From: Candidatus Woesearchaeota archaeon
Lineage (GTDB): Archaea > Nanobdellota > Nanobdellia > Pacearchaeales > GW2011-AR1
Length of the DNA stretch: 25,861 nucleotides
Assembly: GCA_964563945.1 (NCBI GenBank)
Contig: CAZLZF010000002.1
Span: 1 to 25,861 of the forward strand
Reading direction: 5' to 3'
Positions 15,231 through 24,043 of this stretch are shown in pieces; the first letter of the stretch is position 1, and each line of letters opens with the position of its first letter. The translations under genes and the position numbers were made by a program. The notes under the pieces are model-generated. The model ran no database searches. It was not told the DNA's origin and saw nothing but the letters and a program-made list of their open reading frames with translations.

Positions 15231-15760
15231 GAACCGTACTGAGGAGCAATCTCCTCCAAGGTCTGCTGCCCCAGCGCAAGGATGCCGTCATCCAGCACAG
15301 CAAATACCACCTGCAAGTCTGCATCGGGATTCTTCTGGAAGAAGTCATTGCATGCCTGTATGGCTTTTCTCCATGCCTTGTCTTTCGGATAACCGAAGAT
15401 GCCTGCGGAGATTAGCGGAAAGCCAATAGAATGACATCCGTTCTCCACCGCCAGTTCCAGCGACCTGCGGTATGCGCCATAGAGCATTTGTGGTTCCTTA
15501 TTGTCACCGCCGCTCCATACAGGACCTACGGCATGGATGATATATTTCGCTTTCAGGTCAAAGCCGGGAGTGATGACTGCGGAACCTGTATCACAATGCC
15601 CGATGGCATCACAGGCAGCCTGGAGCTTGTCGTGTCCGGCTGCACGGAAGATAGCTCCGCACACACCGCCGCCAGCCCATAAGCCGTCATTGGCTGCATT
15701 GACGATAGCGTCTGTATCCAAATCGGTGATACCGATTTTCTGTATCTTAATCGAGTTCAT
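15227..15760 (-). CDS. Macrodomain protein (MacroD/YmdB-like ADP-ribosyl hydrolase)
   Basis: DAIVNAAN, GGGVCGAIFRAAG, IIHAVGP, SIGFPLISAGIFGYP. Confidence 0.95.
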   Translation of the reverse strand: MNSIKIQKIGITDLDTDAIVNAANDGLWAGGGVCGAIFRAAGHDKLQAACDAIGHCDTGSAVITPGFDLKAKYIIHAVGPVWSGGDNKEPQMLYGAYRRSLELAVENGCHSIGFPLISAGIFGYPKDKAWRKAIQACNDFFQKNPDADLQVVFAVLDDGILALGQQTLEEIAPQYGS

Positions 15761-15770
15761 AAGCGCCTCC

Positions 15771-18443
15771 CTATTGCTTTATTTCCGGCTCAAACAAATC
15801 CGGCGAGTTGAAAACCACTTGGTTTGCTTCGACTTTCGTATTCTCATTGGTACAGGTCAAAGCATCTCGTTTCAGCTTTATTGTTCCGTCTTCCTGGCGG
15901 ATGATCCAGTCCTCATGATTATCCTTTATGTATGTCGCTGCCTCACGGGAAAAGCCGTGCCTCTGAAGCTGGATGGTTACGGGATTTGTCGTGCCATACT
16001 CCACATACTCGTACCAGTTGTTATTGAACTCCGTAATATCATGAATCCGCATGTACTCATTTGAAAACTTCAGGAAGTAGTTCGAGATGCTGAAAAGGAT
16101 CACATTGTCGATTACTTCCAGCGTGGAGGAAAGCACAATATTCTTATGGGTAAGCGAATAATCATAGGTGGTTTTCTGATATTTGCTTATCCAGAAGTTT
16201 TGCGGGTGATTCTCTCGCCATTCCACCGCCGATTTCATTATCAGGAATAATCCGCTGCCTTCCATCCACTGTCTGAGAATAACGGAATACCACCTGATAA
16301 GCTGAAGATTGCCGTGCTCATCCGCCTTCCCAAGGCTCGAATATTCATAGGTTCTCCAGTCAAACACATCTGCCAGCGTTGTAAGAAATTCTACTATGCT
16401 GTCATAGTCAAATTTTCCATCAGGCTTCAGTTTCGGATATTCCAATCCCTGTTCTATCGCCTTTGCCAGTTTCTTTGTCTGATCCACAGAAGTGTTTATA
16501 TCATCGTCCGGGAATATAAAGGGATCATCAAACATTGCACGGATTGCCTGTTCCTCCTCCGGTGTGATGTAGTCCCTAAACTCACGGCGCACAAGACTAT
16601 CTCGGTTTTGCATGATATCTCGGAGAAGCACCAGCGCAAATTTTCGCATCATCTCATACGATTCTTCTGACTGGTCATCCCGGCGCTTTGGCATTTCCGT
16701 AGTGCCGCTTTTCAGAATATCTGCCACATACTTTTTCTCAACGCCCTTCAGTACATTGGGGTCAGTTGATATGGAAAGCGTCTGCGTAGGAACCGGTGTT
16801 TTCAGCATTTCCTTGAAATCTGAAACACCCTGATCCTTTTCTCCTGTGGCCACAAAGAATACGTTGCCGTGAAGATTAAACCGAATCCTGCCCACGCGCC
16901 CGATCAGATTCTTAAAATCCACAGGTGACATCTTGCTGCGGAATATCTTTGTATCCGTAATAAAAAGATTGTCCGCAGGCAGATTAACGCCTTCCAGCAG
17001 GGTGCTTGTGCAGAAAAGGGTAGTGATCTTTCTTTTCTCAAACAATTCCTCAATGCGCCGCCTTATCGACGCAGGCAGGTATCCGATATGATAAGCAATG
17101 CCCATCCGAAGGAGCTTTACAAGATAATACTCCCCATGAACTTCTTTCTTGATGTCATCCGAAAGCTCAATAAGCTCCTTATCATCCTTTTCGTACTTTA
17201 CTTCTTCAGCAAACGCAAGAGCCGCATCAATGGCTTTCTGGCGACCATTGCAATAAACAATCGTCTGCTGCCGCTGTTCCGGGGGAAGCAGTATGTTGGG
17301 AGCCTCAAAACGGTATAAGAGTTTACTCAGCGTTACATTTCTGAGGCGAATAAGCTCGGTCGAGGTTTCTGTCCTGTCATTGTATATTTCTATGTTTCCC
17401 TGTTTGAGGTCAATCAGAAACTTAATCTGTGTTACCGGGGAATAAATGGATGCCAGCTTGCTGCCGGAGGTATCCTCCTCTTCCTCAATCAGATCGGTCA
17501 ACAGACGAAGGTAAAGCTCAGGGTTCGGAATATTCGGTGCCGCAAATATAAAGTGCGGCCTGTCATCCCGATGCAAGAGCATATCAACAACCTTGTAGTA
17601 GAACGGACCTCGCCCGTTTTTCCCGGATAGTTTATGTGCCTCGTCCACGAACAGATAATCAATATGGAGTTCCGGCTTCTTTATCAGCAGATAGAGCATA
17701 CGCTCCGGCGTCAGTACGAAGATAAAGTTGTGTTCCTCTTCAAGTGCCAGCTCTCCCGCCGCTGTAATAACACGGTAATTCTTCCCCTTAAGGTTATCCT
17801 GCAAGTCCTCGATTATTTTCCCTTTTATCTCATTGATCAGAGCCTTTGTCGGCACCAACAGGGCAAAATTCAAGTGAGCATTATTCAGAACCTGTTCCTT
17901 GATGAACATCCGCATGATGAAGGATTTTCCCATGGATGTTGGACCGGAATAGGTAAAGTAGTCATCTGTCAGATGATCATATGCAATTTTCTGGTCATTA
18001 AAAAAGCGGAGCTTCGGTTCAGCCGGGATTGTGAGGTAATCATCCCGGAACTCGGAATAAATCTGCTCGAACACATCAAAGCCACGAAAGTCGGACTTGA
18101 TGATGGTCATGCCCTGCAGGTTTCCCGTATTTAGGAATACGGAGCCTGCTACAAGCTTCACCGTTTCATTCTCCGGGTACAGTTCTGAAAGCAGAATTAC
18201 TATCTCCTGCGCCCATTGCTTATGCTGTTCGGCATTTTTAGGATGGTTTGACTTTGAAAGCAGATCCGCAAAGCGAAGCGCATCTGTTACATCAACATCC
18301 TTCTGTATCTGCCTTCCAGTAGCCCGCTGCACTTTCTTCATTCCGTAGTTGTACAGCAAATGGTCATACAGCTTATTCAAATATGGATTATTCTCGATGT
18401 CAGCGAAAATCACCGACCCGAGAGTAGGCTTAGTGTCGGTCAT
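15771..18443 (-). CDS. hamB: Hachiman HamB-like Ski2/DEAH-box SF2 helicase
   Basis: GPTSMGKS, LVPTKAL, VDEAH, AYHIGYL, CTSTLLEGVNLP, NLIGRVGR. ATGA-coupled to the upstream DUF1837-like gene. Confidence 0.8.
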   Translation of the reverse strand: MTDTKPTLGSVIFADIENNPYLNKLYDHLLYNYGMKKVQRATGRQIQKDVDVTDALRFADLLSKSNHPKNAEQHKQWAQEIVILLSELYPENETVKLVAGSVFLNTGNLQGMTIIKSDFRGFDVFEQIYSEFRDDYLTIPAEPKLRFFNDQKIAYDHLTDDYFTYSGPTSMGKSFIMRMFIKEQVLNNAHLNFALLVPTKALINEIKGKIIEDLQDNLKGKNYRVITAAGELALEEEHNFIFVLTPERMLYLLIKKPELHIDYLFVDEAHKLSGKNGRGPFYYKVVDMLLHRDDRPHFIFAAPNIPNPELYLRLLTDLIEEEEDTSGSKLASIYSPVTQIKFLIDLKQGNIEIYNDRTETSTELIRLRNVTLSKLLYRFEAPNILLPPEQRQQTIVYCNGRQKAIDAALAFAEEVKYEKDDKELIELSDDIKKEVHGEYYLVKLLRMGIAYHIGYLPASIRRRIEELFEKRKITTLFCTSTLLEGVNLPADNLFITDTKIFRSKMSPVDFKNLIGRVGRIRFNLHGNVFFVATGEKDQGVSDFKEMLKTPVPTQTLSISTDPNVLKGVEKKYVADILKSGTTEMPKRRDDQSEESYEMMRKFALVLLRDIMQNRDSLVRREFRDYITPEEEQAIRAMFDDPFIFPDDDINTSVDQTKKLAKAIEQGLEYPKLKPDGKFDYDSIVEFLTTLADVFDWRTYEYSSLGKADEHGNLQLIRWYSVILRQWMEGSGLFLIMKSAVEWRENHPQNFWISKYQKTTYDYSLTHKNIVLSSTLEVIDNVILFSISNYFLKFSNEYMRIHDITEFNNNWYEYVEYGTTNPVTIQLQRHGFSREAATYIKDNHEDWIIRQEDGTIKLKRDALTCTNENTKVEANQVVFNSPDLFEPEIKQ

Positions 18444-19387
18444 ATAAGGTTGACATCTCCTTTCAGAACATCCTCCATGACTTTCTTCTTATCGCTTTCC
18501 GCATCATTAAACGGAACAATGAAAAAGTAGAAAGACTTCATGCCAAGATTGTTGTCTTTTATTTTCTGTATGATTTGAGGAAGGTGTCTCTGCAAGTCAT
18601 CCAGCACCTTGTCCTCCAAAATTGTCGGAAACTCAGCTGGAGTATAGTTCTCAGGAACAAGTCCAAGGGAGTAACCCAGGAATACGGCAAACGATGTGTT
18701 TCTCGGCACCTTTTTCCCTTCAACAGGAACAATCATTTCTTTCAAGAAATCAATATCCGACTTATTCGAAAATCGGTCTGCAGGTGTTTCGAGAATAAGA
18801 TTATCTACCAGCCCAAGTTCATCAGACTTGTGCTGCTCGATGCTTATGATCCTGTCAAAAGCACTGTTGATGGCATATTTCAAATCCCCAACGATGGATG
18901 AGGAACCGAATACCACCTGGTGATAAGGCATCCCGGAGATGCCCGCAGGAAGGAGATGGATATTATCAGGTTCACTGTTATAGCGCGCCCCATCCGTGGA
19001 TAATTCCACCCTGCTCATCAGCTTCGGTGCATCCAGCTTTTCTTCCGTGAAAATGTAGTTCAATACCTCGCCAAGTTCAGACCCTGTGCCTTTTACATCA
19101 GCGCCTTTCTTTTTCAAAATCCTCTTTGCCTGGTCGATAATGACATCGGCGTTACCGGCATTTTTGAACTTGTCTATCTGTGCACGGGAAAACGCATATG
19201 TTCCGATATTCAGATACAGCTGGGTTTTCAGTTTCTCCAGATCAAAACGGTTGTCCGGCATATCTGATAGGTAATAGAGGTGCAGCTTCTCAGGAACACG
19301 CAAACCAATCTTCTCGGAGTGCGTCACCTCCGTGAAGATACCATCAATGCTATGTTCCTTTACGCTTTTCCCTATAGAATCCGGCAT
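18440..19387 (-). CDS. hamA: Hachiman HamA-like (DUF1837) protein with degenerate nuclease motif
   Basis: GSELGEVLNYIFTEEKLDAPKLMSRVEL, PDNIHL, VVFGSSS..GDLKYAINSAFDRI, FAVFLGY, FYFFIVPF, directly upstream of the Ski2-like helicase. Confidence 0.72.
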   Translation of the reverse strand: MPDSIGKSVKEHSIDGIFTEVTHSEKIGLRVPEKLHLYYLSDMPDNRFDLEKLKTQLYLNIGTYAFSRAQIDKFKNAGNADVIIDQAKRILKKKGADVKGTGSELGEVLNYIFTEEKLDAPKLMSRVELSTDGARYNSEPDNIHLLPAGISGMPYHQVVFGSSSIVGDLKYAINSAFDRIISIEQHKSDELGLVDNLILETPADRFSNKSDIDFLKEMIVPVEGKKVPRNTSFAVFLGYSLGLVPENYTPAEFPTILEDKVLDDLQRHLPQIIQKIKDNNLGMKSFYFFIVPFNDAESDKKKVMEDVLKGDVNLI

Positions 19388-19431
19388 ACCTCTGCACCTC
19401 CTTCAAAACCAATACCAACATATGCCCCGAT

Positions 19432-20337
19432 TCATTCGTCATCACTAAAATAATCGTAATCGATCTTCATGATTTTATGAGTAACAACAGGCGTTACTCC
19501 AAGTTCATATTCAATCATCAGCTCAACCAGTTGCTTTCCGTCTATGAGCATGATCTTATATCCGCCGGGATTCTTCTCGGCACAATCCCGCGCCCCGCTT
19601 GAAAATTGGCCTGTGGTAATGAACAGCCCTTTTGATGCGCCATGCTCTACCATTGCCCCGAGGAATTTCTGGATATCCGGCCTCTGCACATGAGAGTCTG
19701 CCTTCCATCTCTTTGCCTGAGTATAAACAGCATCAAAACCAAGCCTGTCCGCACGGACAATGCCATCAATACCACCGTCGCCGGATTTCTTGGTTACGGC
19801 ATCCTGGTTCTCTTCCGGTTTTCCATATCCCATTTTTAATAAAAGATCGACAACGACCTGCTCAAAGGCATACTCATTCATGCGGGATACTTCTGAAAAA
19901 AGATCATCGGCAAGCCCTGACCTCAACTGCTTCATCGCCAGATCGATAGCCTCTTGTGGACTCTGGGTATCCGCCACCTGTGTAGTTTCAGACGTGGCTT
20001 CCGGTATTTCTCCACCGTTTTTCACTTGCAGGTCATGCACATATTCAAGTGAAAGCTCCGTGCCTTTATCCAGTGCATCTTTTCCAAGAGCCGTAATGCA
20101 GAACTTTGCCCTGCTGGGACTATCTATCAAGCCAGCCTTCTTCAAATGGGTTTTTGCCCAGCCGACACGGTCTATAAGCATATTTCTCCCGCTCGGAATC
20201 ACAGCATTCCTATCCTCATCAGACAGTTGAAAACTATCGGCGCAATATGCTCTTATTTCTTTCAGATCATGTTCTTGTCCATCGCCGAGGATTTTGAGAA
20301 ATGACGGAAAAAACTCATTATACTTTGGTACTGCCAT
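19432..20337 (-). CDS. mrr: Mrr-family type IV restriction endonuclease
   Basis: Mrr_N-like N-terminus (DRVGWAKTHLKKAGLI). Catalytic domain FEQVVVDLL..MGY, SGDGGIDG, TQAKRW, GLFITTGQFS, IMLIDGKQL. Confidence 0.92.
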   Translation of the reverse strand: MAVPKYNEFFPSFLKILGDGQEHDLKEIRAYCADSFQLSDEDRNAVIPSGRNMLIDRVGWAKTHLKKAGLIDSPSRAKFCITALGKDALDKGTELSLEYVHDLQVKNGGEIPEATSETTQVADTQSPQEAIDLAMKQLRSGLADDLFSEVSRMNEYAFEQVVVDLLLKMGYGKPEENQDAVTKKSGDGGIDGIVRADRLGFDAVYTQAKRWKADSHVQRPDIQKFLGAMVEHGASKGLFITTGQFSSGARDCAEKNPGGYKIMLIDGKQLVELMIEYELGVTPVVTHKIMKIDYDYFSDDE

Positions 20338-20372
20338 GCCGCGTGCCTCCTTTAATGCTTGAAAATCGTTCT

Positions 20373-23300
20373 TTATTTATGGCTCTGAATAATCTCCATT
20401 GCTACCGTTGAGAGATCCTTGCCTTCATATGTTGTCAGCAGTTTTCCGGGGAAGTTCTCCTCGTACCACTTCTCTTTGATCTCCCAGTGAGCCTTATACT
20501 TTGGAAGATCAAGCCTTCCAACATGCTCCCAGTAATAAGTTTCACCTTTGAATTTGACTGTGAAGTCCGGCAGGAACATCGAGCCATCCTTCGCGAATAA
20601 AGGTTGCTCATACACAAAAGGAATATCCTCGGACACAAGCATATTTGCTATGATCACTTCCGACTTTGACCTTACAAAATACTCCGAGAGTGTTGCCAGC
20701 TTCTTTTCTTCCTTGTACCAGTCCCCACTATATAGTAGTTCATCCGGGAGCGGATTAAACTCAAATACAGATGAGTTTATCTTTCTTACCGCAGACTTCT
20801 CCACATGGCTCATAGTGGTAAGCGTACTCATATCCTGCTGGAGGAATACAGTCACATGCTTCTGCGCTCTTGTAAGCGCGGTATAAAGCAGTTCCATACT
20901 CAGCAAATGGCTGTCTCTTGCCGGAATGACGATGTAAACATAGTCAAACTCCGATCCCTGAGACTTATGCACGCTTATCGCATATGCCAGTTCAAGATTG
21001 TCCGTTACTTTCTGGTCGGGAATCCAATAATCCCGATCATCCTTTCCCAGGTCTTTTCCGTACATATAGCTATAGTTCTTCCTGGATGAGCCAGAAAAAT
21101 TGCACTGAAAGTGCTTGAGACTCGACATGTAATTTATCTTCTTCCGCTCATACCCCATAGGAGAAACTGTACCTATCTCGCCATTGTAAATTTCCTGCCT
21201 TCCAGTTTTTCTCGCAGACCAGTCATAAACATAGGCTTTATCAGATGCCGGACGATTCCTTATCTGAATAACTTTATCAAACAGACCGATGCCTTCAACA
21301 TTCAGCTTGCGGCTCCAATAACCATTGAACACTTCCTGCATGAATGTGTTGATAGACATCGTTCCGTAGAACTCACCGCGGTATGGTGAAATCACCTGGA
21401 ACTTCTCTGGGGAATCCTTTGTCGCCTCCGTCCACAGTTTATGAAGCTCCTGATCCGTTCCAGCTGGAAGCCCTGTCATTTCCTGCATATCTTCGACAAG
21501 ACACTTTTTCATCAAGACTTCGAGGTCTTCCTGCTCATTCCAGAAGTAAACGCTCAAGTCATTATCAACTGCGCCGTTGCCATTCTCAAGGATAGATGTG
21601 AATATCTTTTCTTTTTCGTATTTGAGCATTGCAGCGGCATCGGAGTCCTCTCCGGCAGTCTGTTTTTCCTGTATGAATACATTCGCCAAATCCAGAATGC
21701 CGGTTCCGTTTCCTTCTACAGTATTTACAAGTTGGCGGATGTTTTCCGTAAGCGTACCGACACTTGCTGCATACTCATCATCTGATTTTAACCATTCAAT
21801 CGTGTCTGCGAACACCTTACCCCTACCAATAGGCGGAAGCTGGTTAGGATCGCCGACAAGTATTAGTCTCTGCACACTGTTCCAATTGATAGCCCGGAAC
21901 AAGGTAGCAAACAAATTCAGGTCAATCATGGAGCATTCGTCAAGGATCAGCGTATTCACATCTCTGCTCGTACTGCCACCTTCACGCTTCAGTGTCATGT
22001 TCTTATTCAGCCAGCCGTTTTTTGCAAGGAAAGAATGTATGGTGGAGGACGGCTTTCCGGTCTGGACTTTGATCCTCTCCGCCGCTTTTCCCGTAGGAGC
22101 CATAAGCAGGAAGCTGGTGCCCTCACCATGGATTTTTTCGATGGTATCCAGAATAGAATCAATTACTGTCGTCTTTCCTGTCCCCGCTGCGCCGGAAAGA
22201 ACGCAGATAGGTTTCCTGAAAATCTGCATACATACATCAGCCTGACGGTTTATGATGCGCTCATATTCCGCTGCGGTATCCTCGTCATCCAGTAATTTGG
22301 AATCTTCACGCCTCAACGTCCGTTTGAATTTATCCGGGGATACCTTCAGCTTCAACTCAATATCCGGTCGTTCTGCGAGCATACGGAGTACTGATTCGAC
22401 GGTGCGTTCATCTTCATATACGGAGCGGAGATAAAGGTACAGCACGCCTTCTTCGTCCTTCTTAAGGAATAAGCCGCCATTAAGAATATCCTTGTCTACT
22501 TTAAAATTCTTGATGCTATAGACATTTTTCTTCCACTCCGACATCCTATCAAGTCTCGCATTTATGGATTTCAGGATTGTCTCGGCTTTTCCGAATGAAT
22601 GAGCAGGAATCCAATTCAGCTCATCAACGCAAAGAGCGCGCAGCCTTTCGGTAGAACCTGCATCGAGAATCTCCTCCAACCCGTATTCCGGTGAAGGAAT
22701 AACACCGTTGTCAATCTTGTAGAAAGGAATGGTATCATCCGAATCATCTCCACGGTACTGCTCGAAAATGATATACGGATTCTCTAACAGCTCATCCGTT
22801 GATGCCGTGATAGAAACATCCTCCTTATTTTCAGACATGATACCTCTGACCTGTTTTGCAGTAAGGTCGAACCGTGGAAGCATCTCCAGAAGTAGTTTCT
22901 GTTCGTTGTCTTCCATCATCTGATAGTTCCTGCGGATTACCTTCAGATCCTTGGCCGCAAACTCAATGCCGTTTATGCTATCCGTATCGCCATCCAGCAG
23001 TTCCACCAGCTGACCATAAAACTCCCTTTTAGCAGAATCAGTAGACAGATCAAAATATGGTTTTATCAGCGAATGGAGCTGCAGATATTCCATCACGGAA
23101 GCAAGTCCTGGATAAGGGCCTCTGTCCGTCCAAAGCTCGTTCAGTACTGAATTAAGCCACTCCTTGCGCTTTTCCCAGTCCTCAGTCTCGTCGCCTATTT
23201 CTATCAGCACATCAATAGTTTCTATCATCCGCTGAATAACTTCGATGGCATCATCATCGGTTACCTCGCGACTTCCATACTTAAACGGAGAGCGGTTTGT

Positions 23301-24008
23301 GGGCTTTATCACAAGCCGGTCAGACAGGTCTTCATCTCCCATGTACTTCCAATACGGAATACAAAATCCTTCCTCTGGATAGGTGGATGTTATCGGCTTC
23401 TGCCATGCAAAACCTCCGGCGTAATACTCTCTTGTCTTCTCGGAAAGATTGTCGTAAAAATAGAAGTCGTCAATGTGCTTAATTCTTGAAATACCGACTA
23501 TGACAAAGTTATTCTCTTCGCCCTCGGAGAAAGGATTACTATATCCGGCATAGTAGAACACCAGGGACTTCTTTTCCGTGAACTGAGCAAAATACTCCTG
23601 GGCGTTCTGAAACCTTTTATCATAGTTGTACTGTTTTCCGCTGCCCGGAGCAGCGTCAACTCCTTTTTTATACATGGCTTCATAACACCATGTACATGCA
23701 GTTGACGGTGGCAATACAAGCTCTACAGGATCACCCTCATTCAGCCATTCCGGAGGATCAACTTTTGTCTTAACCGTCTCCTTACCGAATGCATTTATGC
23801 TGAGAGCACACGCTATATCGCAGGGATATTTTTGTGCAGACTCACCCGGATGCTTTTTCTCCAGCTCCAGGTTCCTCTTTGATGCTATCAAATCCCCAGG
23901 ATAGGAGTGTGCGCCGACGCAATAGGGGTTGTTGCACGGATTTGCACAAATATGCCCATTCCACCCCTGATCGTGCCAAGCTAACCTTATACTCATATGT
24001 ATTGCCAT
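20373..24008 (-). CDS. RecD2-like SF1B helicase with uncharacterised Cys-rich N-terminal region and C-terminal PD-(D/E)xK (DUF559/Vsr-like) nuclease
   Basis: ENPY..F..ID...ERLRAL (RecD2 HhH-like region), GAAGTGKT, ILDECSM, LVGDPNQLPPIG, AYAISVHKSQGSEF, LLYTALTRA. C-terminal RSKSEVIIAN...YE..L...PDFT...YWEHVG. Confidence 0.8.
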   Translation of the reverse strand: MAIHMSIRLAWHDQGWNGHICANPCNNPYCVGAHSYPGDLIASKRNLELEKKHPGESAQKYPCDIACALSINAFGKETVKTKVDPPEWLNEGDPVELVLPPSTACTWCYEAMYKKGVDAAPGSGKQYNYDKRFQNAQEYFAQFTEKKSLVFYYAGYSNPFSEGEENNFVIVGISRIKHIDDFYFYDNLSEKTREYYAGGFAWQKPITSTYPEEGFCIPYWKYMGDEDLSDRLVIKPTNRSPFKYGSREVTDDDAIEVIQRMIETIDVLIEIGDETEDWEKRKEWLNSVLNELWTDRGPYPGLASVMEYLQLHSLIKPYFDLSTDSAKREFYGQLVELLDGDTDSINGIEFAAKDLKVIRRNYQMMEDNEQKLLLEMLPRFDLTAKQVRGIMSENKEDVSITASTDELLENPYIIFEQYRGDDSDDTIPFYKIDNGVIPSPEYGLEEILDAGSTERLRALCVDELNWIPAHSFGKAETILKSINARLDRMSEWKKNVYSIKNFKVDKDILNGGLFLKKDEEGVLYLYLRSVYEDERTVESVLRMLAERPDIELKLKVSPDKFKRTLRREDSKLLDDEDTAAEYERIINRQADVCMQIFRKPICVLSGAAGTGKTTVIDSILDTIEKIHGEGTSFLLMAPTGKAAERIKVQTGKPSSTIHSFLAKNGWLNKNMTLKREGGSTSRDVNTLILDECSMIDLNLFATLFRAINWNSVQRLILVGDPNQLPPIGRGKVFADTIEWLKSDDEYAASVGTLTENIRQLVNTVEGNGTGILDLANVFIQEKQTAGEDSDAAAMLKYEKEKIFTSILENGNGAVDNDLSVYFWNEQEDLEVLMKKCLVEDMQEMTGLPAGTDQELHKLWTEATKDSPEKFQVISPYRGEFYGTMSINTFMQEVFNGYWSRKLNVEGIGLFDKVIQIRNRPASDKAYVYDWSARKTGRQEIYNGEIGTVSPMGYERKKINYMSSLKHFQCNFSGSSRKNYSYMYGKDLGKDDRDYWIPDQKVTDNLELAYAISVHKSQGSEFDYVYIVIPARDSHLLSMELLYTALTRAQKHVTVFLQQDMSTLTTMSHVEKSAVRKINSSVFEFNPLPDELLYSGDWYKEEKKLATLSEYFVRSKSEVIIANMLVSEDIPFVYEQPLFAKDGSMFLPDFTVKFKGETYYWEHVGRLDLPKYKAHWEIKEKWYEENFPGKLLTTYEGKDLSTVAMEIIQSHK

Positions 24009-24043
24009 AACGCACCTCCGTTATTATCCTGAGAAAAAATATG

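Noticed and set aside
15227-15760. DarTG toxin-antitoxin call
   Set aside because: The macro protein is a short standalone MacroD-type without a DarG C-terminal region, and no DarT (DUF4433)-like gene is recognisable.
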